DNA of 64,000 nt, taken from contig NC_087437.1 of NCBI RefSeq assembly GCF_036321535.1, positions 31,560,001 through 31,624,000 of the forward strand. Reading direction: 5' to 3'. Both the position numbers and the translations under genes were made by a program. This DNA comes from Camelus dromedarius. Its lineage: Eukaryota. Positions 28,174 through 40,800 of this stretch are shown here, piece by piece. Each line of letters starts with the position of its first letter. Within the stretch, counting starts at the first letter, position 1. The notes under the pieces are model-generated. The model worked only from the letters and a program-made list of their open reading frames with translations. It made no database searches and was not told the origin of the DNA.

Positions 28174-28631
28174 TCTAGACTAACTCTTCCATTTTACAGA
28201 TGAGGGAAGTGGCCTGTTCAAAGTCTGGAACTGTTCTCCAGGACTCCCAGTCCAAAGCTTCCACCACTTAACTACATCTTCTCTCAACAAGAAAACAATT
28301 AGATGGCTTCAAAAAGAAAAAAAAAATTGTAGTTATTAAGCAACATGTTGAATTTTTTTTTAAATGCACAAGATAGTAGCATGAAAACATTGGGGTAAAT
28401 CCTGTAGGGGAGAAGTAATAGTATGCTCATGGCAGGAAGGATTTGAGAAGGCTTTTGCAAGTGGCATTTGTGTGAGATCTTGAAGTAACTAATATGAATC
28501 AGTAGGAAGGAATAGTAAAAAGAATATAGTAGAGGGGAATAAAGAAACCACATACTAAGAATTTGCAAACAGACATGCAAGACAGCACAGAGAATGGCTT
28601 GACTTAATCAGGAAGTAGAAATCATGTCACT

Positions 28632-29560
28632 ATCATTCATTCAACAAATATTTCTGGAGCTCTAATGGTGGGCCAGGCACTGTTCTAGGACATGCAGATA
28701 CATCAGTGAACAAGAGAGCCAAGGTCTGGGTTCTTGTGGACTATTTTTCCCAGTGATACAGACAGCTAATAAACAAGTGAAAACTAATATAAAGTACTAT
28801 GACTAAAGTAAGTAAGAGATGTGACAGTAGCAGCTGTGAATGCACATTAGACAGGATGGTCAGGGAGGCTTCTCTGAGGAGGAAGCAGTGGCACTGAGTC
28901 TCAGATGATGAGAGGAAGCCAGTCATGCAATGATCTGGGTAAAGAGCTTTCAAGGCAGAGGGAAAAGCTAGTTTAAAGGGCTTTGGGTAGGAAGGAATGG
29001 AAAGAAACAAGTGAGCTAAAGTAGCGTGAGCTGTGACAAGAGCAGTAGGGAACAAGGTCAGAAAGACAGGCAGACACTCATTAGGTCTTGGTGAGGAGTC
29101 TGGAGTGAAATGAGGTTTTCCACAGGGGAGCGGCATATTTGATTATAAACGCTTAGTTTCCAACAAGAAAGTAGCATAATTTGATAAGAAATGGAGGTAG
29201 ATAATAGAAGTTCTTAAATGGAAGCCAACAAAATACAGTTGATTTTAGGGAAACACTGTAGAGTCCAGTGGGCAGAACAATGCTGAAAATGGTGGCTGGG
29301 CGTCTATTGTGCCTGCTTAGTGCAGAAGCCCGGGGTGAAGGCTGTTGGACAAGCTCAGGGATAAGGGAGGATTAGGATTCAGTCAGGAGTGGTGGCAATG
29401 AAGGGAGGAAGCAAGGATCGTGAACACTCAACAGAATGGATTGATGCCAATCATAACAACCAGATGAAAAAAACTACTGTGAAGAACTCTCAAGTTTCAG
29501 AGTTGGAGGCCATTTGGGAAGTTTCCTTGGTGACTAAGATGGGAGAGAATTCTCTCAGCA
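28632..29560 (-). mobile_element. LINE-2, antisense
   Basis: tcattcattcaacaaatatttctggagc...ccaggcactgttctagg...tggtcagggaggcttctctgaggagg. Confidence 0.8.
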
Positions 29561-29757
29561 TAACTCTTAGGGGATGGTGAGATCTATATTATACGTAATT
29601 AGAAATGTAAAATTAAAGAGGCCTTGGGGGTGACAGGGCAGGGCAGGAGAGAGGTTTGGAACTACTCTTTGTATGAATAGAAATTGAGGCTAACAGAGAA
29701 GCAGAACTCCCAGAAGGTAATGTAAAGAATAGAAACAGGTCAAAAAACTCAACCCTG

Positions 29758-29885
29758 GGTTGAGGCAGTGGTAGAGTGCAAGCTTGGCATGCACAAAGTC
29801 CTGGATTCAATCCCCAATACCTCCATTAAAATCAATCAATCCAATTACCTGCCCTCCAAAAAGTAAATTAAAAATGATTAAAAAG
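29758..29885 (+). mobile_element. Camelid tRNA-derived SINE, slightly 5'-truncated
   Basis: cagtggtagagtgcaagcttggcatgcacaaagtcctggattcaatccccaatacctccattaaaa; flanked by tcaaccctg repeats. Confidence 0.8.
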
Positions 29886-31065
29886 AATTCAACCCTGATT
29901 ATATCCATAGTAAGGCTGAGAGTATAGTGTAACTGGAAGTTTGTTCTGTTTTTGTTTTTGTTTTTTTAGTTGATCTGTTCAATCAAAAAAACCCCATAAA
30001 CCCCATTTGTTAACTAGGGTTTGGGAAAAAATAGCTTTATAGAAGCAGGCAGCTACTCTTATCAATGTAATAAACACTAATATGTTTTACTATAAAGAAG
30101 TGTTATTTGAAGCAAAATTGATAATAATATAAAATTTAGACTTGGATAGCTTCTCATTTTCACTTATTAGTAATGATTATTTAATATCTGAATGGAAACC
30201 AGTTTTTCTAGAATCTTCAGCCTCTCTATACATTCTAGGAAGGCTGATAGTCCTGAACTTGAAAGCTCTGAGTTTAAAGACAAAACAAACTAAAATTTCA
30301 GGCAGACTTTTAAACCAATTCTTTACCCTTAACATAGAAAAGAACTAATTTTATCTTTCAAGAAAAAAATTTTTAAAAAAAATTCTAAAAGATTTCCTTC
30401 AATTATTTAAAAGGATGCTTCAAAGTCTCATTGGTTTGATTTTGAGGAAAATCACTATTGCTTTTATAAACATTAACACGTTCATCAGTGCTCGTCATGA
30501 AGAATTCAAACAATGTACACAGTACAAATATGAACATGAAAAAAATTATCTCACTTTCCACTACTTCATAATAATATCATCATTATTATGAGCAGGAAAA
30601 CATTATCTGGATACTTATACACAGATGGAAGGATAGATTTGAAGGGTAGAAAAGGAGCAGGGAGATAAATACCTCTATTCAAATTAGGGTCTGTGTTGCT
30701 ATTTTTAATAAAATATATTACATTTAATTATATCTAAATTTCAGTGGAAGAAAAGGGAACAAAAGACAAAAATAGAAGGGAAAAACGATGAAACCAATTG
30801 TCAGAAAACACCAGAAGCCATTGGACTTTGGCCTCTAGTGCTGGGCTACTGAATAGTAGATATACTGATCTTTGTGATTTAGTAGATGTTTATAAGCTCT
30901 GTTTATGTTATGTTAAGGTACATGTTTAACACTTCACCTTGATGTATTACCCTTATTAACCTTCCATGTTTAATCCGACTCCAATATAACATACGAGAGA
31001 GCTTTCTATCATGAGAACATATTTTCCATTGACATATGCTAAAAACTAACAAAAATAATGGAGGA

Positions 31066-32133
31066 CAGACAATTCTCCACATGGTTCTGATCTGCATGAA
31101 CTTCAGGTACCACATTTTAATGAAATACCACCAGGCCCCCCAATAGCAGAGTTCAAATTTTTGTTAGCATGCTGTATATAGTATATTAACTGTGAGTAAC
31201 TGCATAAAGCACACACTTAGCTCCTAGCACGTGAGTGCACCAATCACTATGTAAATAACAGATGTGCATCATGATCCATGACAAATCACGTCACTTCCTC
31301 CAGTCTGTATGGTCACCTCGCATCTGTTCTTCAGCTCTCCCAGGTCTGTTTGCTGTCACACAGATAGCAAAGTGTGCAGTTGTGCTGCCTCCCTGTCTCC
31401 CAGCAGTAAACCTCTGTGACATTTTACAGAAACAGTTAATCAAGAATGAACTGACCAACAAAGGCAAAAGTGCAGCAAAGTACAAAAAAGATAATGCTGG
31501 AAAAGGAATCTGAGTCCAGTGTGAATACAGTTAAAGAAATAGTAGACCGTGGCAATGTGGGCACTGCTGCAGTGCGAGCCCCCCTAGATGTGCTCAGTGC
31601 AGGCAAACCAATGACATTAATGAGGAAAGTGGTTGTGATGATAAGGATGATGATGTCCCAGAGGAAGTGACTCCAGGGAAATGCTTCATATTAAAGAAAC
31701 TCTTGGGAGATATTTCATGACACTGAACATGCAAAGGATTAAATGCTGGAAGTTGATCCAGACTTAGGAAGACATCTGACAACTTTGCCAAAGCATAGAA
31801 CAGATGTAGAGTAAGTTATATGATAAGACGTCAAGTACTGTGGAAACTACTCTTGATATGTTTTTTTACAAGGAAGTAAAATACTTTAATACTCAATGTG
31901 CCTGAAGTTTTAAAACTATAGTTTACTGAATGCCAGTGTTTACTATTTTTTTCCTTTCCCTATACATTTATAAATGGCCTTAAGAGGCTTTTTAATATTT
32001 TCATTAAAAATTTTGTAGGTCTTGGCATAATCATAGTATTTCCTATTGATTATGAAGCTTACTTTGCACGGCTTCAGCTTGCGTAGTCCTTTTTACTGTC
32101 CCACACTCCCATGCAAAGTGAGATCTGTCTGTA
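31066..32133 (+). mobile_element. Tigger-family (TcMar) DNA transposon relic
   Basis: Imperfect terminal inverted ends cagaca... / ...tgtctgta; internal relic transposase-like text (gatgtcccagaggaagtgac, aaatgctggaagttgatcca). Confidence 0.7.
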
Positions 32134-34104
32134 CTTAATTATGTCACACAAACTAGCACTTAAATATATTTTTCCCCATTTTGTGTAACTAGATCTTAAA
32201 CTGCTTAGTTGCAGAAATAAGGCAAACCCTCTTAATTCTACATTGTCTACTCCACCTAGCCTAGCACTGAATATTTAGTAAATGCTTAAATAGCACTTAT
32301 GGGTTTACTAAGTAGGTATTCTTCTGTTGAATGATAGGTATTTTATAAAGTGTGACACCATAATAATAAATACTATTCCTTTCGTTAGAGTGTAAGATTT
32401 ACCCATTTTATTTTCTACTGTTAGGGCAACAAAGTATGGCTCCCAGGTTGTGTCCTCCTAGCTCCGGGGTATGCTGTTCCTTTGGGTGACAATGCAAATG
32501 GTGACCTTAGGTCTGCTTTGTACACAATCTATATAATCCCACAGGCAGCCCTGATGCCCACCCCTAATACCTAGGACAACACCTATCATGCCAAAGGCAC
32601 ATGGTAAATATTTATCAAGGGAATTTAATTAATAATAATTACTAGGGCTGTGCACTGCACATTACTTTTTGCCAGATGCATATAAAGCATTATCTCATCT
32701 TATCCTTACCATTATCCAACGGTCCCCATGTTATACATGAGAAAAGCTTGGCTTAGAGAGATTATGTGACTCACCCAGCAAGGGTCTGCTAGAACTAGAA
32801 TTGGTAAATAGGGCTATTTGAGTCTAATTCCTGTACACTGATAACAAACTGACATTTGTGACATCAAATGATGTGCAAATGGCTTAGAGAGAAAGAAATG
32901 ATGCAATTAAAAATCTCTTCAAATGCATTTCCTTTTATCACAGGCCTATTTTGACAAGGGGGATACTTCTCATCAAATTTATCTTTGCATAATTTTCCAT
33001 TTATAATTTCCCTGATGACATTCCTCTTTTAAAAACCAATTTTTAAAAAGAAGCACAAAAAAATGTATTTCCTGTAATACTAGCTTAAGGCAGAAATGAT
33101 TATTTAGAACGGTCTCTATATTTATAAGCCACTTTATGAAGTTCTCTCAGTATATAAAAGAGAGTGTGCGTGTGTCTGTAACCCCTCTTACATTTAAAAA
33201 AGTTCATGTTTTAAAAAATCACTTGGTTTTCTGCCTTGGTATTTCCCTCTACAAACACTTCACAGGTACTTCTTGCCTAACAAACTATTTATTGCAGGAG
33301 GAGATGTATCACTATAGCCCCGTACACTATGTAAGTTTCTATTAATTTCTTACTCTAGTGGCAGCACCTCAGATCAGTGACAGCAGGCTCTTCATGGGAA
33401 GGGTCAGGTGCATGAAGCCTGCAGAGGCCATCATGGGCCATCAGAGGCTGTGAGGTACCTGGGCAAACCCACTGTGGGCGGAGGGCTGGAATCACTGTCA
33501 GCTCGGCAAATGCCCCTGCTTCAAACTTGTTTTGTTCCTCTTTGTATGTAATAGAACATTCTTTTGACTACTCTTCTTCCTAGTGATTATGTGTATATAA
33601 GCTATTCGGTGGGAAGAGTTAGTGCAACTCCACTGTTGATGGGAATATGGCTTACTATCTAATCTCTCTCTATCTCCTTCTCTCAGTGTCCCTGTCGCTC
33701 TCTGATGCTCTTGTTCTCTCTCCCTGACTGCATACCCCCTGCCACCTCATCTCTTTTCTCTCCCCAGGAATCTATGCTAAAACTGTTCTTTAAAATCAGG
33801 GTTTTGTTCATGGATATTTGTTCTACTTTTAGACTTCTTACCGTGTGCTTACGATGCCCTTTCCTAGTTGATCACTTTGCTTCCCTTCAAATCTTCAGTT
33901 GTCCTCCTTTCTCTTTAAATCAGAAGATCTCTTGCCTTCAATTGCATTTAGTAAATGCTCAGTTAAGGTGGCATCTTGGCATGTGTTCAGGATCTGAAAC
34001 AAATTGTTCTATCAATAGTGATCACTTAGTGGGGCTCTTCCATTAACATTCTCTCTCTCAGATATCTCACTCTCCTTGGAACTTAAACTATATCCCCTCT
34101 GTGC

Positions 34105-35680
34105 AGATTCAGTTGTTCAACAAATCTTTATTGAGCAATAACTATGTGGCAGGCCTCTAGATATGGTGGTGAATAGAACAAATAATTTCTTACCTTCATT
34201 AAGCCTAGATTTTAGTGGGGAGAACATTAAACAAAACAGTAAACAAATGTATAAGCAATATAAATTTTGCTAGGTAAGTGCTATCATAGGGGAGGAAAAA
34301 CTTTCCCTCTACTCTGTTACGATCTGTAGTTAAGACCTGCAAATTAAGCTGACAAATGACAGATTAAGTACGAGAAAAGCATTCATGTTTTATCTGATGT
34401 TAATATTTTCACATGGCATGGGGGGGCTTCATAGGAAAGAGGTGAGAACCCTAAAGAAGCGGTTAGATTTGGAAGCATATATACCATTTTAACAAAGGGT
34501 GATAAATTGTGGAGAAGTAACTAGACAAAGGAAAGGGGTTTGAACTTCTAGGGGTGGTAAATTGTGAGAAAGTGACTAAGAAATATGTGGGGATACCTAA
34601 TGGAAGGCAAGGGTAATTTTACTAAGATTTGTTTGTGCAGATTCATCTTGGCATCAAATCCCCATCTCCAGAGATAAAAGTGTTTTGTTCTTCCTGGTAC
34701 CAGGAGGGCATCTTTCTCACAGGAAATTTATTCCCTGCTTTAAGGCAAAAAGGGAGAAGAGCAGAGAGCCCTTCCTGCACCTGCTGTTTTTTAATTGCCT
34801 TCAGCTCAAAATAGTCTATATGCCAAAACAGTGTATTTGGAGGTGCATGTCCTGATCCCCTTACTGTGAAGGCAATAAATGGATACGATGATGGGGTTCA
34901 CTGCTTTAAATAGGGTGATTAGGGAAGGTTTTCCTTAGGAAGTGATATTTGCTCTGAGAGCTGAAAGCTGGTACCTTGGACAGTCAATTCAAGATGGCAA
35001 GAAAGAAGTCTTCAGGTAGAGGGAACAGCACTGGTACCCTGTGGCAGCAGTGAGCCACAGCGGCTGTCCTGCTGAAGAACAGAAAGAAGGCCAGAGGGGC
35101 TGAGAAGAGGTGAGTACGGGGGAGTGTGGAGAAGGGTAGGTGAAGGAATCATCAAGGGTTGGATCCCATGAGGCATTTGTGGGCCATGGGAAGAAATATG
35201 GATTTTATTTTCATTGCAGTAGGGAACCACTGGAGGCCTTAAACTGGAGAGTGGCATAAGCCAGTGTACTTTTAAAAGCTTACTCAGAATATGTGTAGAC
35301 AAGAGATTTTGGAGGTGGGATGGTAAATACAGGAAGTCTAGTTGGGAGGTGAATGCAGCAATGCAGGTGAGAGGGTGATGGCTTGGACTAGGTGGCAGCA
35401 ACAGTGATGAAAGAAGTGTACAGATTTAGAATACAGTCTAGAAGTAGAACTACCAGGACGTGCTGATGAAGTAGACAAATATGGGAGAAAGGGGAAAGAA
35501 AGGAGTGAAAAATGGCTCTTAGGATTTTGGCTTGACCACTGTGGTGTGTTTACTGATGGGGAGGACCAGGGGAGGAAGAGGTTGGGGATGAGGAATGAAG
35601 AGTTCTGTTTGTGCATGTTCAGGGCAAGGTGCTTATTAAACACCCCAGGGGCCTGTGTAGAGCTTGTAGTTCACAGGAGG
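34105..35680 (-). mobile_element. LINE-2 antisense, interrupted by an LTR
   Basis: ttcaacaaatctttattgagcaataactatgtggcaggc; resumes after about 34865 with agggtgattagggaagg...gaagagttctgtttgtgcatgtt. Confidence 0.8.
34287..34864 (-). mobile_element. Solo ERV1-class LTR related to 11788-12323
   Basis: Shared blocks ttccctctactc, gacaaaggaaa, aaattgtgagaaagt, gccttcagctcaaaata. Confidence 0.75.
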
Positions 35681-36429
35681 TTGGCATCTCTCCTAAGTTT
35701 GGAGGAAAGTTTAAAGAGCAAATAGTTTAAGAGAAATAACAATACATCTATCTTGAAATTAGAATTATATCTTCATTTATTAATGTTTGGGTCAACTGCC
35801 TCATTTTGGAAATCAAATGACTGGTGACAGCAGGTTGATATAAGAGGAGGACTCTTGACATTTGCTGTCAAATCAATTTAGACAGTATTTTTCAGAGCAG
35901 GATTCTTACAGTGTGCAGCTGGGGATGTTCCAAACAATTACCCAGTGGATTCTGAAGTTTGACTGGATTTAAACCCCAACTCCATTGCTTACTAACTTTA
36001 TGATTGTGGCAAGTTATTTAAATTTCCTTAGCACTGTTATCTTGAGTGTAGATGGAGATAATAATGACCTCACGGTGTGGATTTCATCAGTGGCCTCTCT
36101 AGTCTTATAAGGACATTATGTAAAGGGAGACATGAGATCAGTGAAAGTTATATTTGTCTATGGTTCCCAAAGCTGACCTAGATCTGAGCTGGATTGGCCC
36201 AAGGTGCTCACTAAAGCACTACAGAGAGACCTGAACCCTTCCTTTCCATCGCTTCCTCCACTCAGAGATGTGCTATGAAGATAGTGAGGCCTGCTGGCAA
36301 CCTGGAGTGGATGATCCTTTAACAAGCTCAGAGGAGGCTGGGGAATTAGATCTGAGTCTTAGCCTGGGGCTATTAAGACTTGCCTTGAGAAAGGGACACA
36401 TGTTTGTTGTCCAAACTGTTGCCCCTAAC

Positions 36430-36614
36430 TCAGTGGTTCTCAAATCTAAGTGCAAATCAGAATTCTCTGGAGGGCTTGTTAAAGCACAGATGGCTGCGCC
36501 CTGCTCCCAGAATCTTAAATTCAGTAGGTGTTGGATGAGGCCCAAGAATTTGCATTCCAACACATTTCCAGGTGATGCTGATGCTCTGAGAAGCACACTT
36601 GGAGCGAACCACTG
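36430..36614. mobile_element. MER5A hAT-Charlie element
   Basis: cagtggttctcaaa...gaatttgcattccaacacatttccaggtgatgctgatgct...gaaccactg with terminal inverted repeats. Confidence 0.9.
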
Positions 36615-37462
36615 CCCTCCTGCATCCCAGAGACCTAGGCGGTATGTGCGACTATGACCTCATATTCTGTACCTGGTACAGGCAGGAGTTATCCATAGCA
36701 GCAACAATGTTAACAATGCATACAACAGTGAGGATCGCATACAAAAGTCCTCAACCTATGGTGGAAGTCCAACTCTAAACACAACTCTCAGCTCCAGAGA
36801 GAAAACAAGAATTCTGGTTTTCGAGATCAATTGGATCTGAAACCCAGATGAAATGAAGAATATAGGAAAGTCGAAAACTGGCCCCAAAAGCACCTCCCCA
36901 GTGAGCTGTACACCAATCCAGGGCCTGGGACCCCTGCATCCTCCATAGTTTGTGTCTAACCATAGGACTTGGGTCCAGGCAGTAGGCTTGACCTGAACTG
37001 CTACAGCTTCCATGCTCTCTCTAAAATGGTATCCTTCCTAATGGAGATTTGTGTGGGATTCCTTAAGAATTCCATCTAGGGCTTTCAATTATACCACAGG
37101 CAGTCAAACGTGGCCCAGAGGAAAGAAAAGGCTTGGAGTTTCTCTTAGTCCTATCCCTAAAGTATTGTATCTCATTTCTACTCTACAGACAATTAAGCAT
37201 TCTGCACTTTAGTGCATCCTGAATTGTGTCCTTTTCCCCTCCTCAGATCTCCCGAAGGAAAGTCATTGTGCAGGTTTGTTCCATTTGGTTTCTTCGATCC
37301 TGGATCTTCCCGTCAGAGCCTGAATTGTTCCCTTTGGAGGTTTTCTCAATGTCTGACCGGCACCTAAATCTCCCATCTCGTTGTACCTCAATCTCCTTGA
37401 CTTTTATTTCCCCTCCCAAACATCCCTATTACTGCTCTCTCTCCCTTCTGTAATGAATGGTT

Positions 37463-37895
37463 TTATCAGTCAGGTCAAGTTAAATTAGGCAGCAGTAACA
37501 CATGACCCTGCTATTTGAGTGGTTTATAACAACGGAAGTTGTTTTCTGGATGTATTTTAATTTCCAAATCATGTTCTGTTCCATGTCATCTTTATTTCAG
37601 GACTTGGACTGAACGAGTTATCCCTACCTGTGACACACTGGTCATTTTACAACAGAGAGAAAAGCAATGGTAGACCCACATAATGGCTTTAAAGCTCTGC
37701 TAGAAGTGTCATGTGTCCCTTCTACTCACATTTCATTAGTCAAAGCAAGTCAGAAAGCCAAACCTAATATTGGTGTGTGGAAAGTATAATCTTCTCTTAG
37801 GATAATCCCTCCCATAATATAATCCTCCTCTGTTGGGAGGGGCTGGTAGGGTGGAGCTGGACCTGTGTTTGTTTTTGCAAACTGATACAAATTAA
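37463..37895 (-). mobile_element. MaLR (MLT1-type) LTR
   Basis: ttatcagtcagg...gcagcagtaaca...ttctactcacatttcattagtcaaagcaagtca. Confidence 0.7.
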
Positions 37896-40800
37896 ATTCT
37901 AACTTTATGGGCCTCTAGGAGACCCAAGTTAGCAGTGATCTGCTCCACCCTTCTTTCCTTCTGACTTTTGCAGCCTCCCTGTTTTCACTGGCCATTCTCC
38001 TCACTCCCTTCCTGTCATTTAAGCCATAATCAGCTTCTTTGGACTTTACAAATGGTCTTAAACCATCTTTGGTCAATAAAGGGAAGAAAGAAGTAAAACG
38101 GGGAGAAAGAAGAAAAGAAGCTACTTTAAGAACCTTAAGGCAACGTACTTACACAGATTTGAACAAAACTATGCTCCACAGGAAAATGTCATCAGTCCTG
38201 TGTGGCACAGACTAAGGACATTACCAGTTGTCAGTGGCCATTTTCAGTCACTGGTCATATTCGCTGTGCTGGTACATTGACTTGGGGGTACTTTATGAAT
38301 GCTCTTGACTCCTTTTTGTCCAGGAAGTACAAAGGCTGTGAGATTGTTGGAAGAGCTGGTAAGAAGACACATATGGCTGTGATGGAAACAAAAGTAGGGA
38401 GAATAAACATTTCAAATGAGGAGAAAATGATGAGAGTTGCATGTGTGTAAGGGATGAGTTGTTTCCCAGAAGGAATAGTTCTGAAGGACAAAGAGAATCA
38501 GGCAGCAATTGAAGAGCTGGGCTTTTGCAATCAAGAGTAATCAGCTAGAGATGAGGCAAAGTGATTAACAAAATGGAAAGCCCGGCCCACGGACATGATC
38601 AGAATCAACACAGATGTCCTTTAGCCTGTGTTAATTCAGGAGAAGGCCAGGAGTTTGTCTGAGAACTTAAAGGCCAAGTATGTTTGTGGTAGACCAAGGC
38701 CGCGCCTGCCTGCAAAGTAAGTGGAAAACTCCTACACTCTGCCGCCCAGGTGTAGATAAGGAGACTGCCCCAGGCTGGGCATGGCAAGCATTTCAAGGTC
38801 TGGAATCTGGGCGTTAGCCTGAATGAAGCAGCTTACAGAGTAACTATGTTTTTGCCTTATATGGTAGCATAAGTTGTTTCTGGTTGCTAATGTGTCTGGA
38901 GGTATAAAAGATAGTGAGACCACACTTCTGGACTCCCCTGACCTCCCTGACATCTCACTCCCTCCAGGCTGCCAACACCACCAAATTTATGACATCTCTG
39001 TGAAAAACAAAGGAGCCACAGACAGCTGCATCTGCCTTACCTCATGTCTATCCTCTGCACAGCTTACATGCTGCTCTGGAAGTAAATCAAAGTGCAGCAT
39101 CTTTGAACTGAACTCAAAATGTCATTCTTGCCCATTCTCTCACCTAGACCAGACTCCATGTTCTGACTCCGCATAGGGTGAAAGTACTGCTGACAAAGCT
39201 CCTGTTAAACCCACAAGTGGTCCATTAGTTCATGGCTGGGCCCCATGTGCACTGTCAGATGAGCAGCAAGTGTAGATATTATATCTGTAGAGGTCAAGGG
39301 ATTCCTGGCTCAAGAGATTTTCGAGGATCTATTCTGGTGGAGAAAATGCCCAATAGTGTACATGTGTTAGTACACAGGGGACAAGTGCATCTGATTGAAA
39401 AGTTTTGAGAACTTTAGGTAGAAATATGCTCATTTATTATAAGCTTAAACTCTTCTTAGTCACATTAGACAGTGGCAGTGGGGCCCAAATCCCACCTGCT
39501 TGGCCTCTCCCTTTCCCTCTGAAAGTCTCTCCCCAGACATCTTCACAAACCCCAGAGCTCCTTACAACACAGTGTGAACAGTACTGCCCTACCTTACGCA
39601 GAATCTGTAAGCTATACTCTAAACTGGGACATTTTTGAGCATGAAAGGGAGCACTACTGGTAATGATGCTGGACAACAGAGATAACCTGGGGCCATCCTG
39701 AGAAAACTGGGATTATAGTCATCCTGTAGGTATCCTAATCCCAGTATTTGCCTGCTGAGGCTCCTTCCAACGGGATCCTGTTCTGTCCACAGCCCCTGTT
39801 GGAGAGGCAGCCCCAGCCTCATCAGGCTGACCGTGAGCCACAAGACTGAATTTGAGTCAAGCATGTGACCTAAGGCTGGTAAATAACCCTGGGCTAGTGA
39901 CTCTGGGAGACCATGATGAGGCTTGGTTGAATAGGACCAGCCTGGTCAATTGGATTCTCCGTTTCATAAATCTGAAATACTGACCAAAACAAGCTGGGGG
40001 CGGGGGTAATAATTCTATTTTTTCTGCTTCTATATTGTTAACATGTGGAACAAGTACTGCCATTGTCAGTAAGTCACATCTGTCATTACACTGCAACAAT
40101 TCTCAGCTGCTAGGGAGTGGGGAGGGGAAGTAGCCACATAAAAATCCCCAGCCAACGTCTGCTAAAACCACAAATGTGCACACCTTTGACCCAGTAATTC
40201 CAACTCTAGAAATTTATCTGACAGATATCCTTGCACATTTGCAAAATGATACATGTAGAGGCTATTGTGGTAATGTTACTAGCAAAAGACTTGCCCCCCC
40301 CAAAACTATGGGGAGTATAGATATTAATATGATAATTTATAGTTGTACAACAATGTGAATACAGTTAACACTACTGAACTGTACATTTAAAAATGGTTAG
40401 GATGGCAAATTTTATGTTATGTGTTTTTTTATCACAATTAGAAAAAAAGGTGATAATAAAACAAAAATTTAGCCTACTTAGAGTATTTTACCCATAAATG
40501 ATGCTCAACAAATGTTTGATAAATGAAATAAAACTGGCAGAAGAGAGAATGAAAATAAACACAAAACAGAGTAAAATATTTGCTACTATAAAAAGAAAAT
40601 CCAACTGCTGAGGGAGAATGGAGGAAGGACCCATGAATTCTGATGGGGAGGATCACAGACATGCACATTGTGACAGAGGGGAACAAAATGAAGGTTTTTG
40701 ATCTTTTAGCCCTTGGATCCATGGGCTCTGTGGCTTGATTCTTTTTCTGGCTAAGTGACTTAATTTCTCATTGCCTCCTTACTATCCACCTTTCAAGGCT

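Noticed and set aside
11788..34864. Two related same-strand LTRs as ends of one provirus
   Set aside because: About 22 kb apart, clearly diverged, each in a different L2, with no gag/pol/env relic between them.
38734..38792. CLPCPA...AAEC as an ephrin-receptor-like (GCC2/GCC3) cysteine repeat
   Set aside because: Single short motif needing frameshifts to fit; not repeated elsewhere.
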